Source: Prochlorococcus sp. MIT 0801 (GTDB lineage: Bacteria > Cyanobacteriota > Cyanobacteriia > PCC-6307 > Cyanobiaceae). Taken from it: a stretch of DNA of 32,000 bases. A program made the translations under genes and the position numbers. Positions 21,011 through 29,827 of the stretch are shown here, one piece after another. How positions within the stretch are numbered: position 1 is the first letter of the stretch; every line of letters starts with the position of its first letter. The DNA lies in assembly GCF_000757865.1 (NCBI RefSeq), contig NZ_CP007754.1, positions 780,001 through 812,000 on the forward strand. The letters run 5' to 3'. The notes under the pieces are model-generated. The model was not told the origin of the DNA and ran no database searches. It worked only from the letters and a program-made list of their open reading frames with translations.

Positions 21011-21898
21011 ATGGATAACCTCCTATCTATTAGACCTCTTTGTGATGAAGATATTGGTTTTGTTACTGAAATATCTAGAAAAGAAGGTTTTGCACCGGGA
21101 GTAGGTGATTTAAGAATTTATCAAAATACAGATAACCAAGGACTCTGGGTTGGTTGGTTGGATAACAATCCTATTGGGTGTATTGCTGGGGTTCGATATA
21201 ATCAATATTACGGATTTCTCGGATTGTTTTTAGTGATTGAGGAGTATAGAGGTAGAGGTTTTGGCCTTCAGCTTTGGAAAAAGGCTTTAAGTCATTTAAG
21301 TGATTTGCCCTGTGTTGGATTAGAGGCTGCGCCAGAGAGAATTATTGATTACTCAAAATGGGGCTTTACGATATCTTCGAAAACAACTAGATGGCAATTG
21401 TTGGGCGATGGGAAATTACTTGAGCAATACTCTAAGAATGGGGATATAGATGATTTCAGCTTTGTTGAAGGCTCATCAATACCTCAAGATGCTGTAGAAA
21501 AATTTGACGAACAAAGAGAAACAACTCCTAGACCTCATTTTTTATCTAATTGGCTCAATCATCCAGCTGGAAAGGTAATAGCAGTAATTGATAAGGAAAA
21601 TTGTTGTCATGGTTTTGGTCGAATAAGACCATGTCTTTTGCAAAACGGAGATGGATGGAGAATTGGTCCTTTAATGGCTGATAATCCAATGCTTTTACAA
21701 ATTTTATTGAAGAAATTAATAGAAAGCCATCCTGGGTTGATAATTATCGACTCTCCTGGCTTAAATAAGTCAGCTTCTGAAGTCTTTGAAAAATTAGGTT
21801 TCAAATCAGAATCTGAAACTTTCAGGATGTATAGAGGTTCTCAACCTCCTGTTTCCATGAATGATGTATATGGTTTGGCTTGCTTGGAGTTGGGTTAA
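21011..21898 (+). CDS. GNAT-family N-acetyltransferase with C-terminal YitH-like domain
   Basis: Acetyl-CoA-binding block LFLVIEEYRGRGFGLQLWKKAL (R-G-x-G-x-G/A type); 295 aa, two-domain architecture. Confidence 0.75.
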   Translation: MDNLLSIRPLCDEDIGFVTEISRKEGFAPGVGDLRIYQNTDNQGLWVGWLDNNPIGCIAGVRYNQYYGFLGLFLVIEEYRGRGFGLQLWKKALSHLSDLPCVGLEAAPERIIDYSKWGFTISSKTTRWQLLGDGKLLEQYSKNGDIDDFSFVEGSSIPQDAVEKFDEQRETTPRPHFLSNWLNHPAGKVIAVIDKENCCHGFGRIRPCLLQNGDGWRIGPLMADNPMLLQILLKKLIESHPGLIIIDSPGLNKSASEVFEKLGFKSESETFRMYRGSQPPVSMNDVYGLACLELG

Positions 21899-21909
21899 TA
21901 CTTTGTTTT

Positions 21910-22113
21910 TTATCCATTAGAATTTAATTGTCCTCTATGAATTTGTTTCTCTTCTTTCAATTGAGTTTCTAATTGATCAATAAGTGTCGTAACTAATGAT
22001 TGGAATTCTGGTTGGCATCCTTTGAAGGCAGCTTTATGTCTTATTGATTCGTTCCTTGTTCTTAGATCAGTAAGCATTAGTTGCAACGAGTCAATTTTTG
22101 CGTTGGTGTTCAT
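21910..22113 (-). CDS. Hypothetical 67-aa helical protein
   Basis: ATG ORF packed tightly between two genes (11 nt and 19 nt spacers). No family recognised. Confidence 0.35.
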   Translation of the reverse strand: MNTNAKIDSLQLMLTDLRTRNESIRHKAAFKGCQPEFQSLVTTLIDQLETQLKEEKQIHRGQLNSNG

Positions 22114-22132
22114 AGTAATTTAAGTTTTATGG

Positions 22133-22801
22133 TCAAATACTAAACGCGTTTAATGCCTTACTCATATTTGTTTTGGGATTCTCTTCGCTACTAGTAATCT
22201 CGATAATTCTTTCGATAGAATTTTTTGTTTTTAAAGCTTCTATACAGGCTTTTGCAACAAGCCTTCTGGGGATCGAGCCTTCTTCTTGAGTTTTTTCACC
22301 AGAGAATAAAATGTTCTGATTTTTTAAATTAGTTTCATTCTCATTCAATCCTCCTGGACGTATGATAGTCCAATCTAGACCACTTTTTTGCAGAGATCTC
22401 TCACCTAATCTTTTCCATATAAGTATTAGACCAAATAAATTTAGAGGGTGTATCAATTTTCCTGCGCAAAGTGAACTAACAAGAACAACCCTATTTAACT
22501 TCTGTCTCTTACAGCTTTCAATTTGTTTTTTGATATTTAGATAATCTACTTTTGCTGGGCCAGTTAAATCGATAGATGGCCTTGCACCTGTTGCTATGAC
22601 TAGGCTCTCACAACCTTGTAATGCATAATCAAGTGTGGTTCCATTAGTGTCTGACAAAACGTACCTTTCACAACCTTTTATTGATTCAGGGATCTCAGAC
22701 TGTGATCTAACTATCAATCTCACTTCATATCCAGCTGTTATGGCTTCCTCTGCTACTCGAAAACCTGTTTTCCCCGAAGCTCCTGTTATGGCTAGTTTCA
22801 T
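22133..22801 (-). CDS. NAD(P)H-binding atypical short-chain dehydrogenase (NmrA/Tic62/Ycf39-like)
   Basis: MKLAITGASGKTG Rossmann start. I place the start at the ATG at 22801 rather than the upstream alternative start at 22834 listed in the track. Confidence 0.75.
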   Translation of the reverse strand: MKLAITGASGKTGFRVAEEAITAGYEVRLIVRSQSEIPESIKGCERYVLSDTNGTTLDYALQGCESLVIATGARPSIDLTGPAKVDYLNIKKQIESCKRQKLNRVVLVSSLCAGKLIHPLNLFGLILIWKRLGERSLQKSGLDWTIIRPGGLNENETNLKNQNILFSGEKTQEEGSIPRRLVAKACIEALKTKNSIERIIEITSSEENPKTNMSKALNAFSI

Positions 22802-22878
22802 TCGAATTGAATTTCTTTGATATGTTTCTAGCAAGAATTAGCCCTTTTTGTAGCGAAAATAAAATTAATAGATAATTA

Positions 22879-23532
22879 TTAAGCCTTTATACAAATAATG
22901 GCTTTCTTTCGATTAGGGTAAAGCTCTTTGCACAAGTTACAGACTGTACCGTTACATCCTCTCGCTGAGCAATATTCTCTTCCATAAAAAATAATTTGTA
23001 GATGTAATTTATTCCAAAGGTTTTTTGGAAATAATCTTTTTAGATCCTTTTCCGTTTGGATAACATTTTTACCTGAAGTTAACCCCCATCTCTGAGATAA
23101 TCTATGTATGTGCGTGTCGACAGGAAATGATGGTACACCAAATGCTTGAGACATTACAACACTGGCTGTCTTATGACCTACTCCAGGGAGTGACTCGAGT
23201 TCATGAAAAGAATTTGGAACTCGATTGTTGAATTTTTCATGAATAATCTTTGATAAGTTAAAAATATTTTTTGCTTTAGTTTTTGCAAGTCCAAGTTGTT
23301 TTATATAATTATATATTTCATGCTCACCTATTTTGTACATTTTCTCGGCTGAGGGAGCAAGTTTGAAAAGTTCTTTAGTTAATTCATTGACTTTCTTATC
23401 AGTTGATTGCGCACTTAATACAACTGCTACAAGAAGCGTGAAATCATTTTGATGATCTAAGGGTATCGGTGTCTCAGGATAAATTTCTTCAAGTCTCTTA
23501 ATTATTATTTTTACCCTTTCATCTTTTTTCAT
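22879..23532 (-). CDS. nth: Endonuclease III (DNA glycosylase/AP lyase)
   Basis: HhH-GPD motif LPGVGHKTASVV, the catalytic region VDTHIHR, and a C-terminal 4Fe-4S cluster loop CSARGCNGTVCNLC. Confidence 0.92.
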   Translation of the reverse strand: MKKDERVKIIIKRLEEIYPETPIPLDHQNDFTLLVAVVLSAQSTDKKVNELTKELFKLAPSAEKMYKIGEHEIYNYIKQLGLAKTKAKNIFNLSKIIHEKFNNRVPNSFHELESLPGVGHKTASVVMSQAFGVPSFPVDTHIHRLSQRWGLTSGKNVIQTEKDLKRLFPKNLWNKLHLQIIFYGREYCSARGCNGTVCNLCKELYPNRKKAIICIKA

Positions 23533-23728
23533 TGGAGTATGACTATCATTGCTTCTAAAGCTACCTAATAAAAACCTTTTAACTTGAAGACATAGAATAG
23601 ACTTTAATAAAAATAAAAAGGTAACATTTTATACACATGATTGTGATTTTTGTCTATAGAATTTTTATTTTATAGGTAGTTAGTTTTTTAATTGATTTTT
23701 AGAGAATAGAATAAGAAAAAATAGTTTT

Positions 23729-24787
23729 GTGAGTACTGAACTAGAAGTCCACAACTTATGGCATGAATTTAAGTCTAATAAAAATAATAATTGGGTTCTA
23801 AAAGATATTAATTTTGCTTTAAAAGCTGGAGAATTGATAGGTTTGCTTGGTCCTTCTGGCTGTGGAAAAACTACCCTTTTAAGATTGATAGCAGGTTTTG
23901 AAAAGCCTAAGCGTGGATCAATAAAAAAAAATGGGCAAATAATCTCAAATAATAAATATCTTCTTTCCCCAGAGCGAAGGCAAATAGGGATGGTTTTTCA
24001 AGACTATGCTTTATTTCCTCATTTGAACGTTTGGGATAATGTTTGCTTTGGCATAAATAAAAAAGAGAAATCCATTAAAAGAGCAAAGTGGCTATTGAAT
24101 TTATTGGATATTTATGAGTTTAAAAACAGATATCCTCACGAACTTTCAGGTGGACAGAGCCAAAGAGTTGCATTAGCTCGTGCTCTGGCCCCTGGGACTT
24201 CATTGGTTTTACTTGACGAACCTTTTTGCTCTTTAGATGTTGAAGTGAGAGCGAGATTGAGGTCGGAACTTTCTTCCGTTTTAAAATCCTGCTCAGCATC
24301 TGCAATTTTAGTAACTCACGATCCTCATGAAGCATTAGCTATTTGTGATCGGGTGGCTGTCTTAAGAAATGGTGAAATTCAACAATACTCAACTCCTTTT
24401 GAGATAGTTTTAAACCCATCAAATGATTTCATAGGTCAATTTGTTTTGCAAAAAAATGTTTTGCCTATTCAATATATTGATAATTCCTATTCTACATGTA
24501 TCGGCAAATTGAGTTTGCCTTCCGATATGTCAATTTCATCAAAATCTGTTTGTATGTTTGATAAAAATGCTATTCGAATTGAGTCTTGTTCAAATGATAT
24601 CTTTACTGTTATCTCAAAAGAATATCGTATTAATCATTATGTTTATACCGTGATCAGTGATAGTTTAAAGTTGAAATCCGAAATGAGCTTGGATACATCA
24701 TTATCTATTGGAGATAAATGTAAAGTCGTTGCAATTCACGATAAAAACTTTTTAGTTCTACCTGAAAATATTAAATCTAATTTCTAA
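23729..24787 (+). CDS. ABC transporter ATP-binding protein of the FbpC/PotA/CysA type, with a C-terminal TOBE-like domain
   Basis: Walker A GPSGCGKTT, signature LSGGQSQR, Walker B LVLLDEP, H-loop VTHD, and an extra C-terminal domain of about 110 aa. GTG start. No permease or binding-protein gene is adjacent. Confidence 0.85.
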   Translation: MSTELEVHNLWHEFKSNKNNNWVLKDINFALKAGELIGLLGPSGCGKTTLLRLIAGFEKPKRGSIKKNGQIISNNKYLLSPERRQIGMVFQDYALFPHLNVWDNVCFGINKKEKSIKRAKWLLNLLDIYEFKNRYPHELSGGQSQRVALARALAPGTSLVLLDEPFCSLDVEVRARLRSELSSVLKSCSASAILVTHDPHEALAICDRVAVLRNGEIQQYSTPFEIVLNPSNDFIGQFVLQKNVLPIQYIDNSYSTCIGKLSLPSDMSISSKSVCMFDKNAIRIESCSNDIFTVISKEYRINHYVYTVISDSLKLKSEMSLDTSLSIGDKCKVVAIHDKNFLVLPENIKSNF

Positions 24788-24962
24788 TTAATTTTAATGC
24801 TTTGAAAAATCATATTTAAACTATTAGACGCAATTGAGTTTCATTATCAAATAAATAAATTTTTATATTTTAATTTTTTGCATCAAAATGATAAAAAATG
24901 AGTTATGGTTTTATTGAACAAAAAATTAGTTTTTGCGTTCTTTGACCTAGCTTTTTTTTGTT

Positions 24963-25514
24963 ATGCAGTCAGCTCCATCCAGTTTGATAGATCTTAATAT
25001 TGGTCCTTCAGGTCGTGCAGTTGCGCAGCCGATGGATCTTGATCTACTTGAGGCTCTTTATCAACATACCTCTCTTGAAAGGGTTTCAAGTGCACAATAT
25101 TTAGCAATGTCCCTTTGGTTCCTAGAGAGAGAATTAAGAGGTTTTTCTTCATTTTTCAAGAATGAGTCTTTATCTGAGCAAGAGCATGGATTTAACTTCG
25201 CTAAATACTTGATAGCTCGTGGTCAAACTGTTGAACTTGAAGAAGTAACTAAACCAATACAAGAATGGAAGACAGTCCAGGAATTGCTAACTCTGTCTTT
25301 CCAAATGGAGGCTGACGTAACATCCTCTGTTCAGCAGATTTATTCATTGGCCGAGAGATCAAATGATACTCGTACAACGGTATTTCTTGATCCGGTTATC
25401 GATGAGCAAATTAAATCAGAAGATGAAATGGCTTATTTGCTCGGTAAAGTCAAATTTGCTGATAATGATCCTTCAGCATTGTTGATTATTGATAATGAGT
25501 TAAATAATAAATAA
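24963..25514 (+). CDS. ftn: Ferritin (non-haem, bacterial Ftn type)
   Basis: Ferroxidase-centre ligand pattern: E in SLERVSSAQYLAMS, ExxH in SEQEHG, E in QMEADV, and Q/E in DEQIKSEDE. 183 aa with an N-terminal extension of about 23 aa. Confidence 0.85.
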   Translation: MQSAPSSLIDLNIGPSGRAVAQPMDLDLLEALYQHTSLERVSSAQYLAMSLWFLERELRGFSSFFKNESLSEQEHGFNFAKYLIARGQTVELEEVTKPIQEWKTVQELLTLSFQMEADVTSSVQQIYSLAERSNDTRTTVFLDPVIDEQIKSEDEMAYLLGKVKFADNDPSALLIIDNELNNK

Positions 25515-25549
25515 TAAATAATAAATAATAAATAATAAATAATAAATAA
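25501..25549. repeat. Perfect heptanucleotide tandem repeat (TAAATAA)x7
   Basis: Counted directly. The ferritin stop codon (25512-25514) lies inside unit 2. The repeat supplies TAA stops in all three plus-strand frames. Confidence 0.95.
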
Positions 25550-25569
25550 TAATTTAATATTTTCGCTAC

Positions 25570-25851
25570 TTATATTTGCTGATAAGTACTAGATCTTTTA
25601 GCCATTTCTAACAGAAATTCTAACGACAAATCATGAGAATTTGTATTAAACATACTTTCAGTGATGTTTATTATTTTTAGTCTATTTTTATTTAGTTTAT
25701 CTAGTTCTAGCTTTAATCTTTTTGACAGAGATTTATTCTGACAAGTCTTAAGCGTTAAATTGATGTTTTTGGACCTAATCTTTATAAATTCTATCTCTTT
25801 GCAGAGTGACAAAACAATAGACTCGGAATAGGAAAATAAACTTTTATTCAT
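25570..25851 (-). CDS. Hypothetical 93-aa Lys/Leu-rich helical protein, apparently co-transcribed with the Crp-family gene
   Basis: ATG ORF starting 6 nt after the stop of the upstream regulator gene. GC is about 24% (hand count over 180 nt). Confidence 0.4.
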   Translation of the reverse strand: MNKSLFSYSESIVLSLCKEIEFIKIRSKNINLTLKTCQNKSLSKRLKLELDKLNKNRLKIINITESMFNTNSHDLSLEFLLEMAKRSSTYQQI

Positions 25852-25857
25852 TATTTA

Positions 25858-26454
25858 TTAAGCTGCTAATGGGGATGACTCAATAAACTCTGGCGAAAGA
25901 CTTAGTGTTTGAACACCTGATGGTGCTTTTAGTAAATCTGCTGTTCTCAGTCTTGAAATTAAACGAGTAGAAGTAACCCTTGTTGATCCAATTAACTCTC
26001 CAATTCTTTCGTGAGTAAGTCTGAATGGTAATTGGCACCAATCACCGCATCTTCTTCCAAGTCGGTTAACCAATAAAGCAAATAAAGCTTGTAGTCTTTG
26101 TTCGGCATTACCTAAATGTCTAATCCTAAGTAGTTGAAGAGTCCACTCGTTGACAGCATCATATCCGCCTGTTTCAAGTGGTTTTTCAGCATCACTTACA
26201 AAGCAAAGTGATGTTAAAGCTTCTACGCATACACCTTCACTGCATAGACGGTCAGTTCTTAATTGATCTCCAGACTGCAAGAAAGCCAATGTCATTCCTT
26301 CTGTTTCCTCGCAAGGGCAAAAAACACGCGCTATGCCATCTAAAACTTCTAAGCAAGTATCTCCTCTCCTGGAGGAGGGATCTATCAGAACCGATTGACC
26401 CGTTGCCATTCGAACAGCTGATGAGGGAGTTTCAGGGTAACTTCTAAAGCTCAT
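25858..26454 (-). CDS. Crp/Fnr-family transcriptional regulator
   Basis: 198 aa. N-terminal cNMP-binding-like beta-roll, then a C-terminal HTH (THERIGELIGSTRVTSTRLISRL). Confidence 0.8.
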   Translation of the reverse strand: MSFRSYPETPSSAVRMATGQSVLIDPSSRRGDTCLEVLDGIARVFCPCEETEGMTLAFLQSGDQLRTDRLCSEGVCVEALTSLCFVSDAEKPLETGGYDAVNEWTLQLLRIRHLGNAEQRLQALFALLVNRLGRRCGDWCQLPFRLTHERIGELIGSTRVTSTRLISRLRTADLLKAPSGVQTLSLSPEFIESSPLAA

Positions 26455-26672
26455 TGAACTTTGAGGGAGCTCGATTGATTTCTAACTTACACAAAATTTA
26501 TAGCTTTTTGCAACCGATTCTCAATAGCAACAAGCTCTTGAGATTTTTTGCTATCCAAAGTATAAAAAGACACATCAAATGGCTATTATTTACGCATTTT
26601 TTATCATTTGAGTTAGTTAATTGTGACATTAGTGCATGCAGGTTTGTATGTATTCCTGCCAAATATTCCATT

Positions 26673-26699
26673 AAAAAAGGCCCGCAAGCGGGCCTTTTT
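26673..26699. terminator. Strong rho-independent terminator downstream of pcb (bidirectional architecture)
   Basis: AAAAAA-GGCCCG-CAAG-CGGGCC-TTTTT. A GC-only 6-bp stem with a tetraloop, flanked by A- and T-runs, lies 22 nt past the pcb stop. Confidence 0.8.
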
Positions 26700-26720
26700 G
26701 TTCACTAATGAAATTAATAA

Positions 26721-27779
26721 TTAACCGTTAGTGATTTTAGCGTTTTCCATATTGTCGAACGCTTTACCTACGCGTCTGAAGTCAAATCCCATAGCTCTTA
26801 ATGCATGCCAGAGATGACCCTGAATGAAGAAGAAGCCAAGATAGAAGTGAACATTTGCTAACCAGGCTCTAGCTGTATGAGCTCCAGTTGCAAGTGATGC
26901 GTCAGTGTCAACGAAATAAGGAGCGAAATCAAACTTGAGTTGAAGTACATCTCCAAAGAATTCTGTTGAGTAAACAGTTGTGTTTGTTGAACTCCAGAAA
27001 GCTGCAACAAGAGCACAATAGCCAACACCAGCTAATGAGTATGAAAGAACAGCTTCTGCTGAAAGAAGTCCTTTACCTTTAAATTCTGTGTACTCACCAA
27101 ATTGCTTAGTGATGATATGGAATGCTCCACCAATAATTTGGAAAAATGCTAAGAATGCGTGACCGCCCATAACATCTTCTAAACTGTTGATTTGAAGGAA
27201 ATCAGCTTGGTGATTCCAAATCATTCCTAAATCTAGGTTGTAAGAAACTGTACGAGTAGCCCCTAAAGCAGTATCCCAAATACCATGATATTGAGCCCAT
27301 TCAACGAATTGAATGTTTGCCAAACCTAGGAAAATAAGGTGGTGACCAAGGATAAATGTAAGCTTGTCTGGATCGTCCCACTCGAAGTCAAACTTTTTAG
27401 GACGACTTCCTTCAGGATAGTTTCCTAAATCTCCGTCATATCTTGTTGAGTGAAGAATTCCACCAGCACCAAGAACACCAGAGAAAATTAGGTGAAGTAC
27501 AGCAATAACTGTGCAACCGTAAGGCTCAGTTATTACTCCGTTTTCAATTCCACCTATTCCAAGTTGTGCAAGGTGAGGCAAGCAGATCAAGTTTTGATTA
27601 CCCATCGCAACGGATGAGTCATAACGAGCTAGCTCAAATAAAGTGAACGCACCTGCCCAGAACATCATCAAACCAGCATGGGCAGCATGCGCAGCGATGA
27701 ATTTTCCGGAGCGATTGGCCGTCCCTGAATTACCCGCGTACCAGTCATAGGTAACGCTAGGATTCCCGTAGGTCTGCAC
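26721..27779 (-). CDS. pcb: Divinyl-chlorophyll a/b light-harvesting protein Pcb (IsiA/CP43 family)
   Basis: QTYGNPSVTYDWYAGNSGTANRSGKFIAAHAAHAGLMMFWAG is the conserved Pcb/IsiA N-terminus. 352 aa, six hydrophobic helices. The start codon is GTG (27777-27779). Confidence 0.95.
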   Translation of the reverse strand: MQTYGNPSVTYDWYAGNSGTANRSGKFIAAHAAHAGLMMFWAGAFTLFELARYDSSVAMGNQNLICLPHLAQLGIGGIENGVITEPYGCTVIAVLHLIFSGVLGAGGILHSTRYDGDLGNYPEGSRPKKFDFEWDDPDKLTFILGHHLIFLGLANIQFVEWAQYHGIWDTALGATRTVSYNLDLGMIWNHQADFLQINSLEDVMGGHAFLAFFQIIGGAFHIITKQFGEYTEFKGKGLLSAEAVLSYSLAGVGYCALVAAFWSSTNTTVYSTEFFGDVLQLKFDFAPYFVDTDASLATGAHTARAWLANVHFYLGFFFIQGHLWHALRAMGFDFRRVGKAFDNMENAKITNG

Positions 27780-27972
27780 GAGAAATAAACAAAGAACAGT
27801 AAGAGGATATATTTATAGGTCTGTAAGTTCCATATCCCTTCACATTGCTTATTGAAATTGTAGGTTTTGTACATATTTCTCGAACATCTGCTACTTAATA
27901 TGATCTTCGTGTTAGGGGGATTTCTTCTCCTTAAAGCCATTGGAATGACTACTATATTAGGTATTACTCAAA

Positions 27973-28758
27973 GTGAAAGCTCATCTTCCTCGTTTTGACT
28001 TTGTTATTTTGAAAACAAATCATAATAAATTAATGAATTATAAAAATGTCATTAAAGAGTTTTTTGTAAAAGAGAGAATTTTTCTCGATCAAAGAAAAAG
28101 CCTAATAGTTTTGCTTGGTTCTTTTGCTGATTTTGATAGTTTTGAATACGCACAACAATTAGCAGTTCAATCAAACAGGTTGGCAAAGCACTCAGTTGAT
28201 TTGATTTTGATAGGTATTGGGAGTGAAAAGTCTAAAGAATCTTTTTGTAAGTTCAATAAGATTGATATTAAAAATGTTATTGCGGTAAGGAATGCTGACC
28301 TTCATAAAAAACTAAATCTGAATGCTGGACTTGTCACAAAAATGCCTGCAATTATCAATCTATTGATTATGTGCACAGGTATAAATTCAAGAGGTACTAT
28401 CAAGGAAGTTTTAAGAGGTTATTTTGGGGACAAAAATGCAAAGAGTTTATTCGCTTTCGATGAAGATATAAATTTAGGGCCATTCTTTTTGTTGAAGGGA
28501 AATATGTTTGATATTTTTTCAAAAAATAAAAATTTACGCCCTTTTGAGCTTGCTACTAGGAGACTTATGAATATGATTGAAATTCTTTCTAATTGGAATA
28601 CTTATGTTCCTGATTCCGCATTCATAACGCAAAGAGGAGCAACAATACTATTAAATGAAAAAGATGAGGTCTTATATGAATTTATTTCTGAGAGTCTTCT
28701 AGGGTATGCAAGTAAAATGAGTGAACCTTTATCATTCTTAGATGATTTTTTGAATTAA
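27973..28758 (+). CDS. AhpC/TSA_2-like (AAED1-type) thioredoxin-fold protein without the redox cysteines (tentative)
   Basis: LIVLLGSFADFDSFEYAQQL...DLILIGIGS resembles the peroxiredoxin-like family block, in which Cys residues usually occupy the FADFDS positions. GTG start in the track; an internal ATG (MNYKN, 28033) is an alternative. Confidence 0.45.
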   Translation: MKAHLPRFDFVILKTNHNKLMNYKNVIKEFFVKERIFLDQRKSLIVLLGSFADFDSFEYAQQLAVQSNRLAKHSVDLILIGIGSEKSKESFCKFNKIDIKNVIAVRNADLHKKLNLNAGLVTKMPAIINLLIMCTGINSRGTIKEVLRGYFGDKNAKSLFAFDEDINLGPFFLLKGNMFDIFSKNKNLRPFELATRRLMNMIEILSNWNTYVPDSAFITQRGATILLNEKDEVLYEFISESLLGYASKMSEPLSFLDDFLN

Positions 28759-28768
28759 TTCAACTCTC

Positions 28769-28984
28769 ATGATTGGAAATAAATGCCTAGTATGTGGAAG
28801 CTCTAATCTGAGAGCTGATCGAGCATTATCTGGACGATTGGTATGCAATTCATGTGGAACCCCTTTTGGAGTTGGTAGACGAGTAAAAAATAAAACAACT
28901 ACTTATAGTAGGTTATCATTTAATAATAAATACTTTCTCTTTATATGTATATTAATACTTGCCTTTATTCTTGTAGTTGTTTAG
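28769..28984 (+). CDS. Small zinc-ribbon protein with a C-terminal transmembrane anchor (71 aa)
   Basis: CLVCGS...CNSCGT (CxxC-N18-CxxC), a basic linker, and a C-terminal hydrophobic helix FLFICILILAFILVVV. Confidence 0.5.
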   Translation: MIGNKCLVCGSSNLRADRALSGRLVCNSCGTPFGVGRRVKNKTTTYSRLSFNNKYFLFICILILAFILVVV

Positions 28985-29793
28985 TTATTTAATGGGAGCA
29001 TTCTCCAGAACCCCTCTTGTTCTATTACTTTGATTGATATATTATAGAGATCGCTAAGTGTTTTGCTATTAATTAGTTCATAAGGGCTTCCATCATTTAA
29101 TATTTTACCTTCTTTTATTAGAAGAACTCTATTGGTTTTAGGTAAAATAGATTCAAGATTATGTGTGACATAAATTATATTTACTGATTGCTTGATTAAT
29201 TTGTTTAGGTTTTGATTTAGAATGTAATTTGATTTTATGTCTAAATTACAAAAAGGTTCATCAAGTACTAGTATATTAGGCTCGTAAACTAAAGCTCTAG
29301 CTATTAATGCTCTTCTTTTTTGACCATCTGATAATGAATGAAAGTTATTGTAAATAATATTACTTAGGCCCCATTCGTTTATTAGAGTATTGATTTTAAT
29401 TTTTTCTCTTTCTGAAAGTAGGTTTGTATATTTAGAATTAAATATACCTGAGAATCCTGAACTAATTACATCATATAAATTGACTCCATTATTTACCCTT
29501 TGCTCCATTTCTTTAAATAGAAATCCAATCTTTTTCCTTAAGTCCCAAATATTTATGTTTTCTTTGTTAAACAACTTAAATGAACTATCACAAGAGTTGA
29601 TTGGATAAATTGACCTGTTCAATAACTTTAGAAAGGTTGATTTACCAGATCCATTTGGTCCTAATATCACTATATTTTCTCCATAACGAAGATTTATATT
29701 TATATTTGATAGGATTTTATTCTGATCAACATATACATTTAAATTTTTTAAACTAGCCCAGTTTATTTCATCTGTACGAGATTCATTAACCAT
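28981..29793 (-). CDS. ABC-type ATPase (stand-alone, single nucleotide-binding domain)
   Basis: Walker A GPNGSGKST, signature LSDGQKRR, Walker B ILVLDEP, H-loop VTHN. No adjacent permease gene. Confidence 0.8.
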   Translation of the reverse strand: MVNESRTDEINWASLKNLNVYVDQNKILSNININLRYGENIVILGPNGSGKSTFLKLLNRSIYPINSCDSSFKLFNKENINIWDLRKKIGFLFKEMEQRVNNGVNLYDVISSGFSGIFNSKYTNLLSEREKIKINTLINEWGLSNIIYNNFHSLSDGQKRRALIARALVYEPNILVLDEPFCNLDIKSNYILNQNLNKLIKQSVNIIYVTHNLESILPKTNRVLLIKEGKILNDGSPYELINSKTLSDLYNISIKVIEQEGFWRMLPLNN

Positions 29794-29827
29794 TTATGTA
29801 ATTATTTAAATTTATAATCTATTTTAA

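Noticed and set aside
24830-24848. Fur-box-like sequence GCAATTGAGTTTCATTATC upstream of ferritin
   Set aside because: It matches only 13 of 19 positions of the E. coli Fur consensus. In an intergenic region this AT-rich, that is within chance expectation. It is worth including in a formal motif scan but is not a supportable call.
26622-26637. TGTGA-N6-TGCAT upstream of the Crp-family gene, and TGTGA-N6-TCTAT at 23642-23657
   Set aside because: Both have a good left half-site for a CRP-type palindrome (TGTGA-N6-TCACA). The right halves match poorly (1/5 and 3/5). That is not enough for a binding-site call.
26454-26708. 84-aa plus-strand ORF, plus a 57-aa minus-strand ATG ORF (about 26496-26671), in the crp-pcb spacer
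   Set aside because: The plus ORF starts at a non-ATG codon and reads straight through the GC-rich terminator hairpin. The minus ORF would start 2 nt from the terminator, so it has no room for a promoter. Neither has protein-like features. The region is more plausibly the promoter and leader of the regulator gene.
27859-27873. NtcA-like palindrome TGTA-N7-TACA upstream of pcb
   Set aside because: NtcA sites have GTA-N8-TAC spacing. This site is one base short and I could not place an appropriately spaced -10 box next to it.
27668-27940. 90-aa minus-strand ORF overlapping the pcb start
   Set aside because: It is out of frame with the conserved Pcb N-terminus and runs through the pcb promoter region, so it is a spurious extension.
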